Positions 53,447 through 62,851 of a stretch of DNA of 64,000 nucleotides are shown in pieces (position 1 is the stretch's first letter; the number at the start of each line of letters is the position of its first letter). The notes under the pieces were generated by a model, which was not told where the DNA came from, searched no databases, and saw only the letters and a list, made by a program, of their open reading frames with translations. The DNA is from Acidimicrobiales bacterium (GTDB lineage Bacteria; Actinomycetota; Acidimicrobiia; Acidimicrobiales; CATQHL01). The translations under genes were made by a program, and so were the position numbers. Where the stretch lies: contig CBDCPC010000001.1 of NCBI GenBank assembly GCA_965220035.1, positions 1,539,719 to 1,603,718 of the forward strand, written 5' to 3'.

Positions 53447-53473
53447 CTGGATTCCGGCCTCCGCCGGAATGAC
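53447..53473 (+). repeat. REP-like palindromic element, copy E (equals the consensus)
   Basis: Reads CTGGATTCCGGCCTCCGCCGGAATGAC, 47 bp downstream of the oxygenase stop. Confidence 0.75.
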
Positions 53474-53519
53474 GCAAGTAAGCGCGGCTGTCTGTGCGGG
53501 GGATCCGCTGCTTGTGCGC

Positions 53520-54842
53520 TCAGGCGCCGGCCGGAACCCAGGAGCAGTGGAAGCCGAACGGCACGCGGTTGGGCAGGGTGACGGTGGCGAGCGGGTCCGA
53601 ACCGATGGCGTCGGCGGCGAGGACGACCACCTCGCTGGAACGGCGCTCGCTGTCGTACACCACGGTCAGAACGTAACCCTCGTCCTCTTCGGAGTCGGCA
53701 TGGCGGGGCACGAAGACCGCCTCGCTGGCGTACCGGGACGGCCCGAAGTGATGGTGCTCGGTCGTGTGCGCCACAAGGTCGAGGCGTACCACGCGGTGGC
53801 CGTGCGAGACGGTGCCGGTCTCCTCGTCGACCAGCGTCGTCACGTAGGCGTAACGGTTCGGGCGGCCGAGGAGCCGGTCGTCGATGCGCGGGAAGTCGCA
53901 GCGAACGTCGAAGAGCGTCTCTTCCCGCACCGAGCCGTCGCCGAGTCCCAACGTCCAGCGGTGCACCATGGCGGGCACGTCGAACCGGTCCGATGACTTG
54001 CCCCAGAGAGAGTCGTAGCGGCAGGCGTCGAGCGTGATCCTCCCGCCGATCTCGCAGGCGTTGATGGTGTGGAACACGTAGCAGGGATCGATGTCGAACC
54101 ACTGCACGTCGCCCCCGGCCCGGGCCATGACCCCGAGGCGGGCGTTGTGGTCGGGGTCCCAGCGGTAGGGGAGGCCACCGGAAGCTCCGGGATCCCGCAC
54201 GATCGGCAGGTCCATGAACACGACGTGATCGGAGGTGATGGCGAAGTCGTGCATCATCACCGGCCGTGGCAGGTCGATCGTGGTGGTGCCGGCCAGCGCG
54301 CCGTCGCCGCTGAACCGCAAGTAGTCGATCTGCGGCTCGTCCGTCCTGACGGCGAACGCCAGCATCTCGCCCGTGCGGGGGCAGATCTTCGGATGCGCGG
54401 TGAGATTGTGCACAGAGCCGTCGAAGTCGACCGGACCGGCGGTGTCGAGATCGGAGGTCACCTCGTAGGGGCGGTGGTGCTCCTCGAGAGCCAGGATGCG
54501 CCCCCCGTGGACCACCACGTTCGTGTTGGCCGGGGAGCAATCGGGATCGTCGGGGTCGGCGGCGGGCCCGGCCAGCCGGGGCGTCTGCACCCAGCGGCTG
54601 CGATACCGCACGGCCCTTCCCCCGCGCAACAGCAGGCCGTGAAGCATTCCCTCGCCGAGGAACCAATGCGGTGAGTCGCAGCGGGGCGGGTTGGGACCGG
54701 TATGGATCAGCATCCCGTGCAGTTCGGTGGGGATCCGGCCACGCACCGGCAGGTCGAGTGCCTCGGTCTCGTCGGGGAGGGGGCGGTGATTGCCCCGCAA
54801 CCACCAGGGCTTGTCCGGGTCTCCTGCACTCCTGCCAGCCAC
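53520..54842 (-). CDS. Carotenoid/stilbene cleavage oxygenase family protein
   Basis: A 440-aa ORF. The N-terminal PHWFLGEGMLHG matches the HWFDGDGM motif of carotenoid oxygenases. Conserved His positions recur along the propeller. Confidence 0.85.
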   Translation of the reverse strand: MAGRSAGDPDKPWWLRGNHRPLPDETEALDLPVRGRIPTELHGMLIHTGPNPPRCDSPHWFLGEGMLHGLLLRGGRAVRYRSRWVQTPRLAGPAADPDDPDCSPANTNVVVHGGRILALEEHHRPYEVTSDLDTAGPVDFDGSVHNLTAHPKICPRTGEMLAFAVRTDEPQIDYLRFSGDGALAGTTTIDLPRPVMMHDFAITSDHVVFMDLPIVRDPGASGGLPYRWDPDHNARLGVMARAGGDVQWFDIDPCYVFHTINACEIGGRITLDACRYDSLWGKSSDRFDVPAMVHRWTLGLGDGSVREETLFDVRCDFPRIDDRLLGRPNRYAYVTTLVDEETGTVSHGHRVVRLDLVAHTTEHHHFGPSRYASEAVFVPRHADSEEDEGYVLTVVYDSERRSSEVVVLAADAIGSDPLATVTLPNRVPFGFHCSWVPAGA

Positions 54843-54990
54843 GATGGCGGGATACTAGCGACGTGCGCGGGTCACCGCACCGGCGGGCCGGATTCGCTGC
54901 GGCCGCGTGTCCCGGGGCGCTCCGCCGGCGGCCGGCGAGGCGGTCGTAGGCTCCGGCGATGATCGATGCCGGTGGGTCCCGAAGGCTGCG

Positions 54991-55710
54991 ATGAGTCCGC
55001 TGGAGATCGCTGCCGCCATGGTGGTGATGGCCGCCGGGGCCTCGGTGCAGGGCAGCGTCGGATTCGGTATGAACGTCGTCGCTGCGCCGATCCTCATCCA
55101 GATCGACCCGGATCTCGTGCCCGGACCGCTGCTGGCCGCCTCGCTGGTGATGAGCCTCATGGTGGCACGCCGGGACCGCGCCGGGATCAACCGGTCGGCA
55201 CTCTTGTGGGCGCTGCTCGGGCGCGCCCCCGGCGCCGTGCTGGGCACGTTCCTGCTGGTGAAGGTTCTCTCCGAGTGGGGACTGTCGGTGTTCCTGGCGT
55301 CGGTGATCCTTGCGGGCGCGGCGCTGTCGGTGGCGCCGATCCGCTTGCCGAAGGGGCGCCGGGTGATCACCCTCGGTGGGTTCGTCTCGGGTGTGGCGGG
55401 GACGACGACCGGGGTGGGCGGCCCGCCTCTGGCGCTCACGCTGCAGCACGTTCCGCCGCGCCAACTCCGGGGCACGATGTCGGCGTACTTCGTCCTGGGC
55501 GCGTCGCTCTCGCTGGTGGTCCTGGCGGCGTGGGGCGAGTTCGGCACCCGAGATCTCCTGGCGGTTGCGCTGCTCGTCCCGGGCCAGCTGCTCGGCTATC
55601 TCGTGTCCGGGCGGCTCGTGCGGGTGCTGGATCGTGGCTACACGCGCCCGGCGCTGCTGGTCATCTCCGTCGCCGCCGCGCTGAGCCTGCTGGTCCGGGC
55701 ACTCGTCTGA
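54991..55710 (+). CDS. TauE/SafE-family (sulfite exporter-like) membrane protein
   Basis: ATG at 54991, 239 aa, with about 7-8 TM helices. Gly-rich helices (..GASVQGSVGFGMN.. and ..VAGTTTGVGGPPLAL..) are typical of the family. Confidence 0.75.
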   Translation: MSPLEIAAAMVVMAAGASVQGSVGFGMNVVAAPILIQIDPDLVPGPLLAASLVMSLMVARRDRAGINRSALLWALLGRAPGAVLGTFLLVKVLSEWGLSVFLASVILAGAALSVAPIRLPKGRRVITLGGFVSGVAGTTTGVGGPPLALTLQHVPPRQLRGTMSAYFVLGASLSLVVLAAWGEFGTRDLLAVALLVPGQLLGYLVSGRLVRVLDRGYTRPALLVISVAAALSLLVRALV

Positions 55711-55793
55711 GCGGGACCAACCGGCGCGGCGGCCGCGCGAGGTAAGGCGCGTGACGAGTCGTCGACCGGAGGTGCAGGCCAGGCGGCTCGAGA

Positions 55794-55820
55794 GTGGGTT
55801 CCGGCCTCCGCCGGAACGAC
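55794..55820 (+). repeat. REP-like palindromic element, copy F
   Basis: Reads GTGGGTTCCGGCCTCCGCCGGAACGAC, between convergent genes. Confidence 0.75.
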
Positions 55821-55854
55821 GGGTGGGGTGGCTTGCAGAGTCACCGGCACTCTG

Positions 55855-56967
55855 TTAGAGATCCCGGCCGATCTCGGTGGGGTGCACCGAACGGTTCTCG
55901 GCCGCCGACAGGTAGGCGGCGTTCACGAGGCGCAGTGTGTTGAGGTTGTCCCGGCCGCTGGTGGGTGGCTCGGTATCCTCGTTGATCGCTGCCATCAGCG
56001 ACGAGATCGGCCCGACGAATCCCTCGGGAATCCAGCGTCCCGGCAAGTCGGTCTCGAAGCCGCCGCCGGGGTCGTCGTGTGCCGACCAGCGGACGGTGTC
56101 CGCCCGGCCGTGGGGATAGTCGTAGGAGAGACCCATCGTTCCCGAGACCACGCCCTCGGTGCCCAGGACGCGAACCCGCCCGAAGACGTCGTCGCTGACG
56201 TCGTTGTGGTCGACCGCCACGAAAGCCTGCAGGCCGGAGGCGTAGTCGAGGATCGTGACCGTCTTCGTCTCCGCACTCGGCGCCTGCAGCGGGTGACGGG
56301 CGTGTCGACTCGTCACCCACTCGGGTTCGCCGTGGTCACCGAGAAGGAAACGCATGCCGTCGAGGTAGTGGATGCTGTGATACATGATCTCCAACTGCGG
56401 CACGTCCATCAGCCAAGGCCAGAGCTCCCAGGGGTTCACCATCGATTCGTGAATGAACGCGGCCGTCGGCTCGCCGATCCGGCCCTGGGTCATGAGCGTG
56501 TGCATCGCCCGCACGACCGGGCTCCACCGGTACTGCTGGTTGACGGCCAGCTTGACCCCTGCGGCCTCGGCGCGCTGCACGATCTCGACGGCTTGGGCGA
56601 AGTCGTTCGAGAGGGGCTTCTGGCAGAGCAGGTGCTTGCCGCTGTCCGCGAGGGTCCGGACCAGTTCGAGTTGCCGCCACGCGGGGACGGCGATGTCCGC
56701 GATTTCCACCGAGGGGTCGTCGGCGACCTCGCCCAGCGAGCCGAATACTCGCCCGACGCCCCACCGCTCGGCCGTTCGCTGCGCCGCCGCCGCATCGATG
56801 TCGTAGCAGCCCACCACGTTCAGCCCGTGCGACGTGTAGGCCGGCAGGTGCCCGTCGTTGGTGATCCCGCCGCAGCCCACGATGGCGATGCCGTGATCGT
56901 GGCGATCGGGGAGCCATGACCGCGTGTCGAGACCGAGTGCGGCCGGATCGGGAGCGGCGGCGTTCAT
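55855..56967 (-). CDS. Gfo/Idh/MocA-family NAD(P)-dependent oxidoreductase
   Basis: A 370-aa ORF with a Rossmann start IAIVGCGGITNDGHLPAY and an LLCQKPL motif. Confidence 0.88.
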   Translation of the reverse strand: MNAAAPDPAALGLDTRSWLPDRHDHGIAIVGCGGITNDGHLPAYTSHGLNVVGCYDIDAAAAQRTAERWGVGRVFGSLGEVADDPSVEIADIAVPAWRQLELVRTLADSGKHLLCQKPLSNDFAQAVEIVQRAEAAGVKLAVNQQYRWSPVVRAMHTLMTQGRIGEPTAAFIHESMVNPWELWPWLMDVPQLEIMYHSIHYLDGMRFLLGDHGEPEWVTSRHARHPLQAPSAETKTVTILDYASGLQAFVAVDHNDVSDDVFGRVRVLGTEGVVSGTMGLSYDYPHGRADTVRWSAHDDPGGGFETDLPGRWIPEGFVGPISSLMAAINEDTEPPTSGRDNLNTLRLVNAAYLSAAENRSVHPTEIGRDL

Positions 56968-57268
56968 GTGGTGCCATCCTCAGCTGTCGGAGTCGACCGG
57001 AGACGCTCGGGTTCCCTTGATTCTGGCTCCCGGCCCGGAGCCATGACACGGGGGCGGATCGACCGGGAACAATAGCCCTGATCGTTCACGAGAATGGTGG
57101 GATGCTCGGTGTGGTCAACGTCATCTTCCTGTAACCCAGAACGACAGGCAGGTGCGGTTGTACGCGATCCACGGTCTCCAGGAGTCCACATCTACGATAT
57201 GTCATTTTATATTGATGTATTCCCGTTGCAGGCGTCTCGTCACCAAGGCGAGCGCTCGGGAGGGGCAC

Positions 57269-57526
57269 GTGACCGAGTTCGAGAGGGCTCAGGCGTTGAT
57301 TGCAAGGTGGCGAGAGAGCCAGACGGGAGTGCGTTTCTCCGATCTGGCGAAGGTGTGCCGCCTATACTTCGGCGAACCTCGCCGCACGGGTAGCCATCTG
57401 ATCTACCGAACGCCTTGGAGGGGAATGCCGATCGTGAACATCCAGAACCACGACGGGGAGGCGAAGCCCTACCAAGTGCGCCAAGTTCTGCGGGCGATCG
57501 ACCTCAAGGAGAAGTCCGATGGATGA
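57269..57526 (+). CDS. hicA: HicA-like toxin (YcfA/HicA mRNA interferase family)
   Basis: GTG at 57269, 5 nt after GGGAGG, 85 aa. It has a ..RRTGSHLIY......IVNIQNHDGEAKPYQVRQVLRAI.. pattern (GSH ... H ... basic C-terminal helix). It overlaps the next ORF by 8 nt. Confidence 0.6.
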   Translation: MTEFERAQALIARWRESQTGVRFSDLAKVCRLYFGEPRRTGSHLIYRTPWRGMPIVNIQNHDGEAKPYQVRQVLRAIDLKEKSDG

Positions 57527-57770
57527 GCCCTGCTACGAGTATCGCGCCTTCTGGTCCACGGATGATGACGCCTGGGTGGGGCTGTGTGACGGGTTCTCGC
57601 TGGTGAGCCACTTGGCGCCCACCGAGGCAGAGGCGCTCGACGGCATCCGGTCTCTAGTGACCGACATCGTGGCCGACCTGCGATCCGACGGCGAGCCGCT
57701 GCCGCGTCCCGCCCCCTGGGAGCAGCACAGTGCCGCACAGCTCTCCCGGGCGCCTGTTCGGAGCAGTTGA
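57519..57770 (+). CDS. hicB: HicB-like antitoxin (UPF0150 fold)
   Basis: An 83-aa ORF. ..YRAFWSTDDDAWVGLCDGFSLVSHLAPTEAEALDGIRSLVTDIVADLRSDGEPLPRP matches the HicB N-terminal domain pattern. No obvious HTH follows. Confidence 0.6.
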   Translation: MDEPCYEYRAFWSTDDDAWVGLCDGFSLVSHLAPTEAEALDGIRSLVTDIVADLRSDGEPLPRPAPWEQHSAAQLSRAPVRSS

Positions 57771-57994
57771 CTGCCTGTTCCACGGTCGATCGTCCGTGGC
57801 TTCGCGCCACCAACGGAGAGTCTCGAGTTCGGCGCCGGCCCGTCGTGAGCCCGTCGCCTCGCTATCGAATCGTCGGCATGACTCTCCTTTGCTCGACGGG
57901 TGTGCCTTCACGATGTCGGAGGGACCCCATAGTGTGTGCCGAAACCTGACCGCTCGAGAACATCGCGGTAGGGGGACTTGTCCGGGGAGGACAT

Positions 57995-58777
57995 ATGAGC
58001 GAGGGAATGTTCGAGGGGCGCAATGCCTTCGTGACAGGGGCGGCAAACGGGATCGGCCGCGGCGTCGCGCTGCGACTGGCGTCGGCGGGTGCGGCTCTGG
58101 CGCTGAACGACCTCGATGCCGCCGCCCTCGAGGCTGTGGTTGGCGAGATCAGCGATGCCGGTGGGCGTGCCATGGCCTATCCGGCCGACGTGTCGTCCCC
58201 GCCGGCAATCCAGGCCGCCGTCGCCGAGGCCTCCGATGCTCTGGGACCGCTCACGCTGGGAGTGACCTCCGCGGGCATCGTCGAGATCGTTCCGGCCTTG
58301 GAACTCACCGAGCAGGCCTGGGACAGGATGCTGGGCATCAACCTGAAGGGCACGTTCTTCACCCTGCAGGCGCTGGCCCGCCACATGATGGTGGGCGACG
58401 GCGGCCGTCTCGTGGCGATCGCCTCGGTTGGCGCCAAGATTGGCCGCGCCGACGCCGTCGACTACACGGCGTCCAAGGCCGGGGTGACGAGCGTGGTGCG
58501 GTCACTCGCCCTGGCGCTGGCGCCGAAGGTGCAGATCAACGCGGTGTGCCCCGGCGTCGTCGACACCGCCATGACACCCAAGATCCACAAGGCCCGTGCG
58601 GAGAATGCCGGGATCACCCAGCAGGAATCGGTCGATGCGCTGGTGGCGACCATCCCCATGGGGCGCATCCAGACGCCCGACGACGTGGCGCGTGCGGTGC
58701 AGTACTTCCTCAGTGATGAGGCCGACTACGTGACCGGGCAGGCCTTGAACGTCTGTGGGGGATTGATCTTCCACTAG
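57995..58777 (+). CDS. Short-chain dehydrogenase/reductase (SDR)
   Basis: A 260-aa ORF with VTGAANGIGRG and YTASKAG, ending in a typical ..GQALNVCGG.. C-terminus. Confidence 0.9.
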   Translation: MSEGMFEGRNAFVTGAANGIGRGVALRLASAGAALALNDLDAAALEAVVGEISDAGGRAMAYPADVSSPPAIQAAVAEASDALGPLTLGVTSAGIVEIVPALELTEQAWDRMLGINLKGTFFTLQALARHMMVGDGGRLVAIASVGAKIGRADAVDYTASKAGVTSVVRSLALALAPKVQINAVCPGVVDTAMTPKIHKARAENAGITQQESVDALVATIPMGRIQTPDDVARAVQYFLSDEADYVTGQALNVCGGLIFH

Positions 58778-58802
58778 TCCTCGGAGGAAGGAGGCCGGGG
58801 CC

Positions 58803-59951
58803 GTGGGAATCGGGGCCGAGACAACCCTGGCCGACCTCGAGGCCGATCCCGAGCCGATCCTGGCCCGGATGCGGGCCGCTGAGCCCGTGTGTTGGGTGCA
58901 GTCCATGGACATGTGGCTCGTCACCCGCTGGGAGGACGTCTCCTTCATGGAGTCGCATCCCGAGTTGTTCAGTGCTGCCACCGACCCCTCGTTCCTGGCC
59001 AGGGCGTTGGGGCCGAACATGCTGGTGATGGATCCACCCGCGCACACCCGGCTGCGCGAGATGATGCTGCCGCCCTTCCAGTCGAGCGGTCGCAGCGGTG
59101 CGTTCGTGGCCGACGAACTGGCCGCCCTGGCCGACGGGATCATCGACGGGATCGACGGTACGACTTTCGATCTGATGACGTGCTACGCGCAACCGTTGGC
59201 GGCGGGAGCGCTGGCCCTCGTGCTCGGCCTCGACCACCACGGCTTCGACCGCATGTGGTCGTGGTGCGAGGGGCTGGTCACCGACATCGCCAACTTCGAG
59301 AACGACCCTGAGGCCACCGCCATAGGCGAGGCGGCCAAAGCCGACCTCGGAGAGGCGATAGCCGAGCGGATTGCGACGGAGGCCGGCGGCGACAGCGCCA
59401 TCGACTGGTTCGTGGGGGCGGGTGCGACGCCGGCGGAGATCGTCAACAACGTGCGCCTGATGATCTCCGGCGGGATCAACGAGCCGCGCGACGGCGTGGG
59501 TCTCGTCGCCTGGGTGCTGCTGTCGAGGCCCGACCTGCGTGCCGAGGTGGCGGCGGACGGGCGGCGGCTGCGCCGCTTGGTGGAAGAGGTGTTCCGGTTG
59601 CACAGCCCCGTCGGCACCATCACCCGGCAGGCGACGCGGGATCTGGATCTGGCGGGGGTGCCTATCGCCGCAGGCGATCTCGTCGCCGGCGTGCTGCGGT
59701 CAGCCAACCTGGACGAGGACCACTGGACAAACCCCACCGAAATCGATCTGGACCGCAGGGAGGGTCCGCATGCGGCGTTCGCACTCGGAGTCCACCGGTG
59801 CCTCGGCGAGTGGCTGGGGCGTCAGGAGGTGCGGATCGGCATCGAGCGGTTGCTTTCCCGGTTCCCAGCCCTCGCTCTGGACCGGGACCACACGGTCGAG
59901 TTGTGGGGCTTCGAGTTCCGTGGGCCCCGGGAGGTCTGGGTGACGGTCTGA
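58803..59951 (+). CDS. Cytochrome P450 monooxygenase
   Basis: GTG start, 382 aa. It has EXXR (EEVFRL) and the heme loop FALGVHRCLGEWLG. Confidence 0.88.
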   Translation: MGIGAETTLADLEADPEPILARMRAAEPVCWVQSMDMWLVTRWEDVSFMESHPELFSAATDPSFLARALGPNMLVMDPPAHTRLREMMLPPFQSSGRSGAFVADELAALADGIIDGIDGTTFDLMTCYAQPLAAGALALVLGLDHHGFDRMWSWCEGLVTDIANFENDPEATAIGEAAKADLGEAIAERIATEAGGDSAIDWFVGAGATPAEIVNNVRLMISGGINEPRDGVGLVAWVLLSRPDLRAEVAADGRRLRRLVEEVFRLHSPVGTITRQATRDLDLAGVPIAAGDLVAGVLRSANLDEDHWTNPTEIDLDRREGPHAAFALGVHRCLGEWLGRQEVRIGIERLLSRFPALALDRDHTVELWGFEFRGPREVWVTV

Positions 59952-60073
59952 AGGGGCGCGCCGGACGGGGCGACAGGATGCTCCATCTGGAGGGTTCCGG
60001 CTCCTCGCTTGGGTAGCCCATGCCCTGCGGCTATACATGAGTCCGTTCAGACGCCTCCTCGAAGGGAACCCAT

Positions 60074-60523
60074 ATGCTCCGCGGCACCCATCACGTCGGT
60101 TTCACCGTCCCGAACCTGGACCGCTCGGTTGCGTTCTACTCGGCGCTGTTCGAGACCGAGCCTTTCGTGCGGCGCATTTTCGACCAGCCCTACACCGGCG
60201 AGCAGATCGGCTATCCCGGCGCAGTACTCGACGTGGCGCTGTTCCACATCCCCGAGTCCAATGTGCTGCTGGAGCTGATCGAATACCTTGAGCCGACCGG
60301 CGAGATGGTCGACATCGAGAGCAAGAACCCGGGTACGGCGCACCTGTGCCTGTCCTCGGACGACCTGGCAACAGACTTCGAGCGGTTCGTGTCGCTCGGC
60401 GCCACGCCGCGCAGCAAGGGTCCGGTGACGATCACCTCGGGCCCCAACCAGGGCAAGCGCGTCGGCTACTTCCGTGACCCCGACGGCATCACCGTCGAGC
60501 TTCTGGAACTCCTCCCGGGCTGA
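60074..60523 (+). CDS. VOC/glyoxalase-family protein
   Basis: A 149-aa ORF. ..HHVGFTVPNLDRSVAFY.. and ..HLCLSSDDL....G......YFRDPDGITVELLE are paired beta-alpha-beta-beta-beta modules. Confidence 0.85.
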   Translation: MLRGTHHVGFTVPNLDRSVAFYSALFETEPFVRRIFDQPYTGEQIGYPGAVLDVALFHIPESNVLLELIEYLEPTGEMVDIESKNPGTAHLCLSSDDLATDFERFVSLGATPRSKGPVTITSGPNQGKRVGYFRDPDGITVELLELLPG

Positions 60524-60555
60524 CCCGTTGCCGGCGCACGCCGTGGCAACTCCGG

Positions 60556-60582
60556 GTGGATTCCGGCCTTCGCCGGAACGAC
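60556..60582 (+). repeat. REP-like palindromic element, copy G
   Basis: Reads GTGGATTCCGGCCTTCGCCGGAACGAC, between convergent genes. Confidence 0.75.
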
Positions 60583-60628
60583 GGGCTAGTGGTCGACTGC
60601 GGCTAGCACCTCGCCTGTCGTCGGTCGC

Positions 60629-60952
60629 TCACAGGCTCCAGACGTGGTCGAAGGGCTTGGCCCAGCCGTGCTCGTCGGTCTCGTCGATCGTGATGAGGTC
60701 GGCGAAGTGCTCCTCCCAGCGGGCACCGATGGCGCTGGCGTTGTAGCGCTCGGCGGCTGCGGCGTAGTCGTCCACCTCGATGAAGCTGACTACGTTGTTG
60801 TCCCAGAGGTAGATGTCGTAGCGACCGAAGCCGCACTCGCGCAGCAGTTCCTCGATCTCGGGCCAGACCGTGGCGTGGCGCCGGGCGTACTCCGCTGGAT
60901 CGCTGACCCGGAAGTAGTGGCTGAGCCGTGTCGGCTCCCGCCCGTCAGCCAC
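60629..60952 (-). CDS. rhaM: L-rhamnose mutarotase family protein
   Basis: A 107-aa ORF. ..YARRHATVWPEIEELLRECGFGRYDIYLWDNNVVSFIEV.. matches the RhaM ferredoxin-like fold pattern. Confidence 0.8.
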   Translation of the reverse strand: MADGREPTRLSHYFRVSDPAEYARRHATVWPEIEELLRECGFGRYDIYLWDNNVVSFIEVDDYAAAAERYNASAIGARWEEHFADLITIDETDEHGWAKPFDHVWSL

Positions 60953-62000
60953 GGGCGAGGCGCCTCCGCCTCCACTCGTCGAACAGCACCGCCAGGATCA
61001 GAGCACTTCCCGAGGCGATCCTCTGATAGTGAGGGTCGACGTGGGAAAGGATCAGCCCGTTGAGCAGGCTGGACAGGAACATCACACCCAGGAACGTGCC
61101 CAGGAGGCGCCCCCTCCCGCCGTAGAGGCTGGTGCCCCCCAGGATGACGGCGGTGATGACGGCCAACTCGAGCCCCAGGGAGCCCGACGGAATCCCGGTC
61201 CCGAGTTGGAAGGCGTTCACGAACCCGGTAACCCCTGCGAGCATTCCGCACACGCCGTAGAACACCAGCTTCCAGCGGTTGATGCGCACGCCGGCGAGGG
61301 CGGCGGCGCGCTCGTTGGACCCGATGGCGTACATGTACCGGCCGAAGCGGTAGCGCGGGATGATGGAGCCGAGGACGACGAACGTGATCAGCATGGTCAG
61401 CACGCTCCAGGGAATGCCGATGATGTCCTGCTTGCCCAGGTTCAGGAAGCTCTCCGCATGTTCCGCGGTCTTGCTGACGGTGATCTGCTTGTTGCCGGTG
61501 AGAACGAAGGTGACTCCCCGCACCACGGCGAGCGTGCCGAGGGTGGTGATCAGGGGGTTGATGCGGCCGTAGCCGGTGATGGCGCCGTTCACGAGCCCGA
61601 TGACGCCGCCGATGGCCAGCGCCGCCAGCACGCTGACGAACAGGGTGCCGCCGTTGTCGATGACCGCGGCCGAGCCCACACTGGCGGCGGCGGCGACCGA
61701 TCCGACCGACAGGTCGAAACCGCCGGCGATGATGACGATGGTCTCCCCGACGGCCGCGATGCCGGTGATGGCCATCCGCTTGCCGATGGTGATGAAGTTG
61801 CTTTTTTGGAGGAAGTGTGGCGATGCCACCTGCCAGAAGACCAGGATCTCGACGGCGAGTATCACGAACAGTCCGGGGCCGACGTCGCTGACGCTGCGCC
61901 GGAGCGACGCAACCCCCTTGTTCAGGGTCGTGAGGATCCTCGATGGGGCGGTGGACGGCTCCTCCGCGGGCGAGTCCCCTCCACCAGCGTGTTCGCTCAT
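60945..62000 (-). CDS. Monosaccharide (CUT2-type) ABC transporter permease
   Basis: A 351-aa polytopic ORF with ..IIAGGFDLSVGSV.. and ..GGTSLYGGRG.., typical of RbsC/XylH-like permeases. It overlaps the upstream stop by 1 nt. Confidence 0.88.
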   Translation of the reverse strand: MSEHAGGGDSPAEEPSTAPSRILTTLNKGVASLRRSVSDVGPGLFVILAVEILVFWQVASPHFLQKSNFITIGKRMAITGIAAVGETIVIIAGGFDLSVGSVAAAASVGSAAVIDNGGTLFVSVLAALAIGGVIGLVNGAITGYGRINPLITTLGTLAVVRGVTFVLTGNKQITVSKTAEHAESFLNLGKQDIIGIPWSVLTMLITFVVLGSIIPRYRFGRYMYAIGSNERAAALAGVRINRWKLVFYGVCGMLAGVTGFVNAFQLGTGIPSGSLGLELAVITAVILGGTSLYGGRGRLLGTFLGVMFLSSLLNGLILSHVDPHYQRIASGSALILAVLFDEWRRRRLARG

Positions 62001-62764
62001 CAGTTCGCCCCCACGGCCGCCTCACTCATGAGGCGCACGATCCGGGTCGTCATGTCGTCCATGGTCTCATCCGCCACGTCGAACTCGTCGACGATCCGGC
62101 CGTGCACCAGAACGCCGATCGAGTCGGCCACCTGGATGAGATCGGTGAAGCGATGGCTCACCAGGATCATGGACACGCCGCGCCCCTTGAGCCGGGCGAT
62201 GAGCCGGTTGACCACGCTCACCTTCTCCACCGACAGGGCTGCTGTCGGCTCGTCCATCAGCAGGATGCGGGGGTTGAACTCCAGTGCCCGCGCCACGGCC
62301 ACGAGCTGGCGCTCCCCACCCGAGAGCGCCTTCACTTGTCGGTTGGTCGGCATGGGGCTGCCGACCGATTCCAGCACGTCGGCGGCCTCGGCGTGCATGC
62401 GCTTGTGGTCGAGGTGCCGGAGGATCGGTCCGCGCCATTTCTGGCGCTCGCGCCCGAGGAAGATGTTGGAGGCCGCGTCGAGGTCTTCCGCCAGCGCCAG
62501 ATCCTGGTAGATCATCTCGATGCCGGCGATGCGCGCGTCGATGGCGGTGTGGAAGTCCACCGCCTCTCCCTCCACGAGGATCTCGCCGCCGTCGCGGGGA
62601 TGCACACCGCTGAGGATCTTCAACAGCGTGGACTTCCCGGCCCCATTGTCGCCCACCAGCCCGTAACACTGCGCGGCAGGCACGGTGAGCGACACGCCCT
62701 TGAGCACCTCGACGGGGCCGAAGGACTTCTCGATGTCGCGCAGTTCGATGGCGTTGGCGGTCAT
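62000..62764 (-). CDS. Sugar ABC transporter ATP-binding protein, single-NBD type
   Basis: ATG at 62764 follows GAGGAG, 254 aa. It has Walker A GDNGAGKST, signature LSGGERQ and Walker B LLMDEPTA. Confidence 0.88.
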   Translation of the reverse strand: MTANAIELRDIEKSFGPVEVLKGVSLTVPAAQCYGLVGDNGAGKSTLLKILSGVHPRDGGEILVEGEAVDFHTAIDARIAGIEMIYQDLALAEDLDAASNIFLGRERQKWRGPILRHLDHKRMHAEAADVLESVGSPMPTNRQVKALSGGERQLVAVARALEFNPRILLMDEPTAALSVEKVSVVNRLIARLKGRGVSMILVSHRFTDLIQVADSIGVLVHGRIVDEFDVADETMDDMTTRIVRLMSEAAVGAN

Positions 62765-62851
62765 TGCGACTCTCCTCGATGGAGACGGGGGTGTGCCGCG
62801 GGATTGCTCCAGCGGCACACCCGTTTCGTGAGTCGCCGATCTATCTACGGA

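Noticed and set aside
57023-57047. CTGGCTCCCGGCCCGGAGCCATGAC as a possible eighth REP copy.
   Set aside because: It has the same general shape (TGG..stem..ATGAC), but the stem sequence differs and the loop is shortened. It is too divergent to count without a statistical model.
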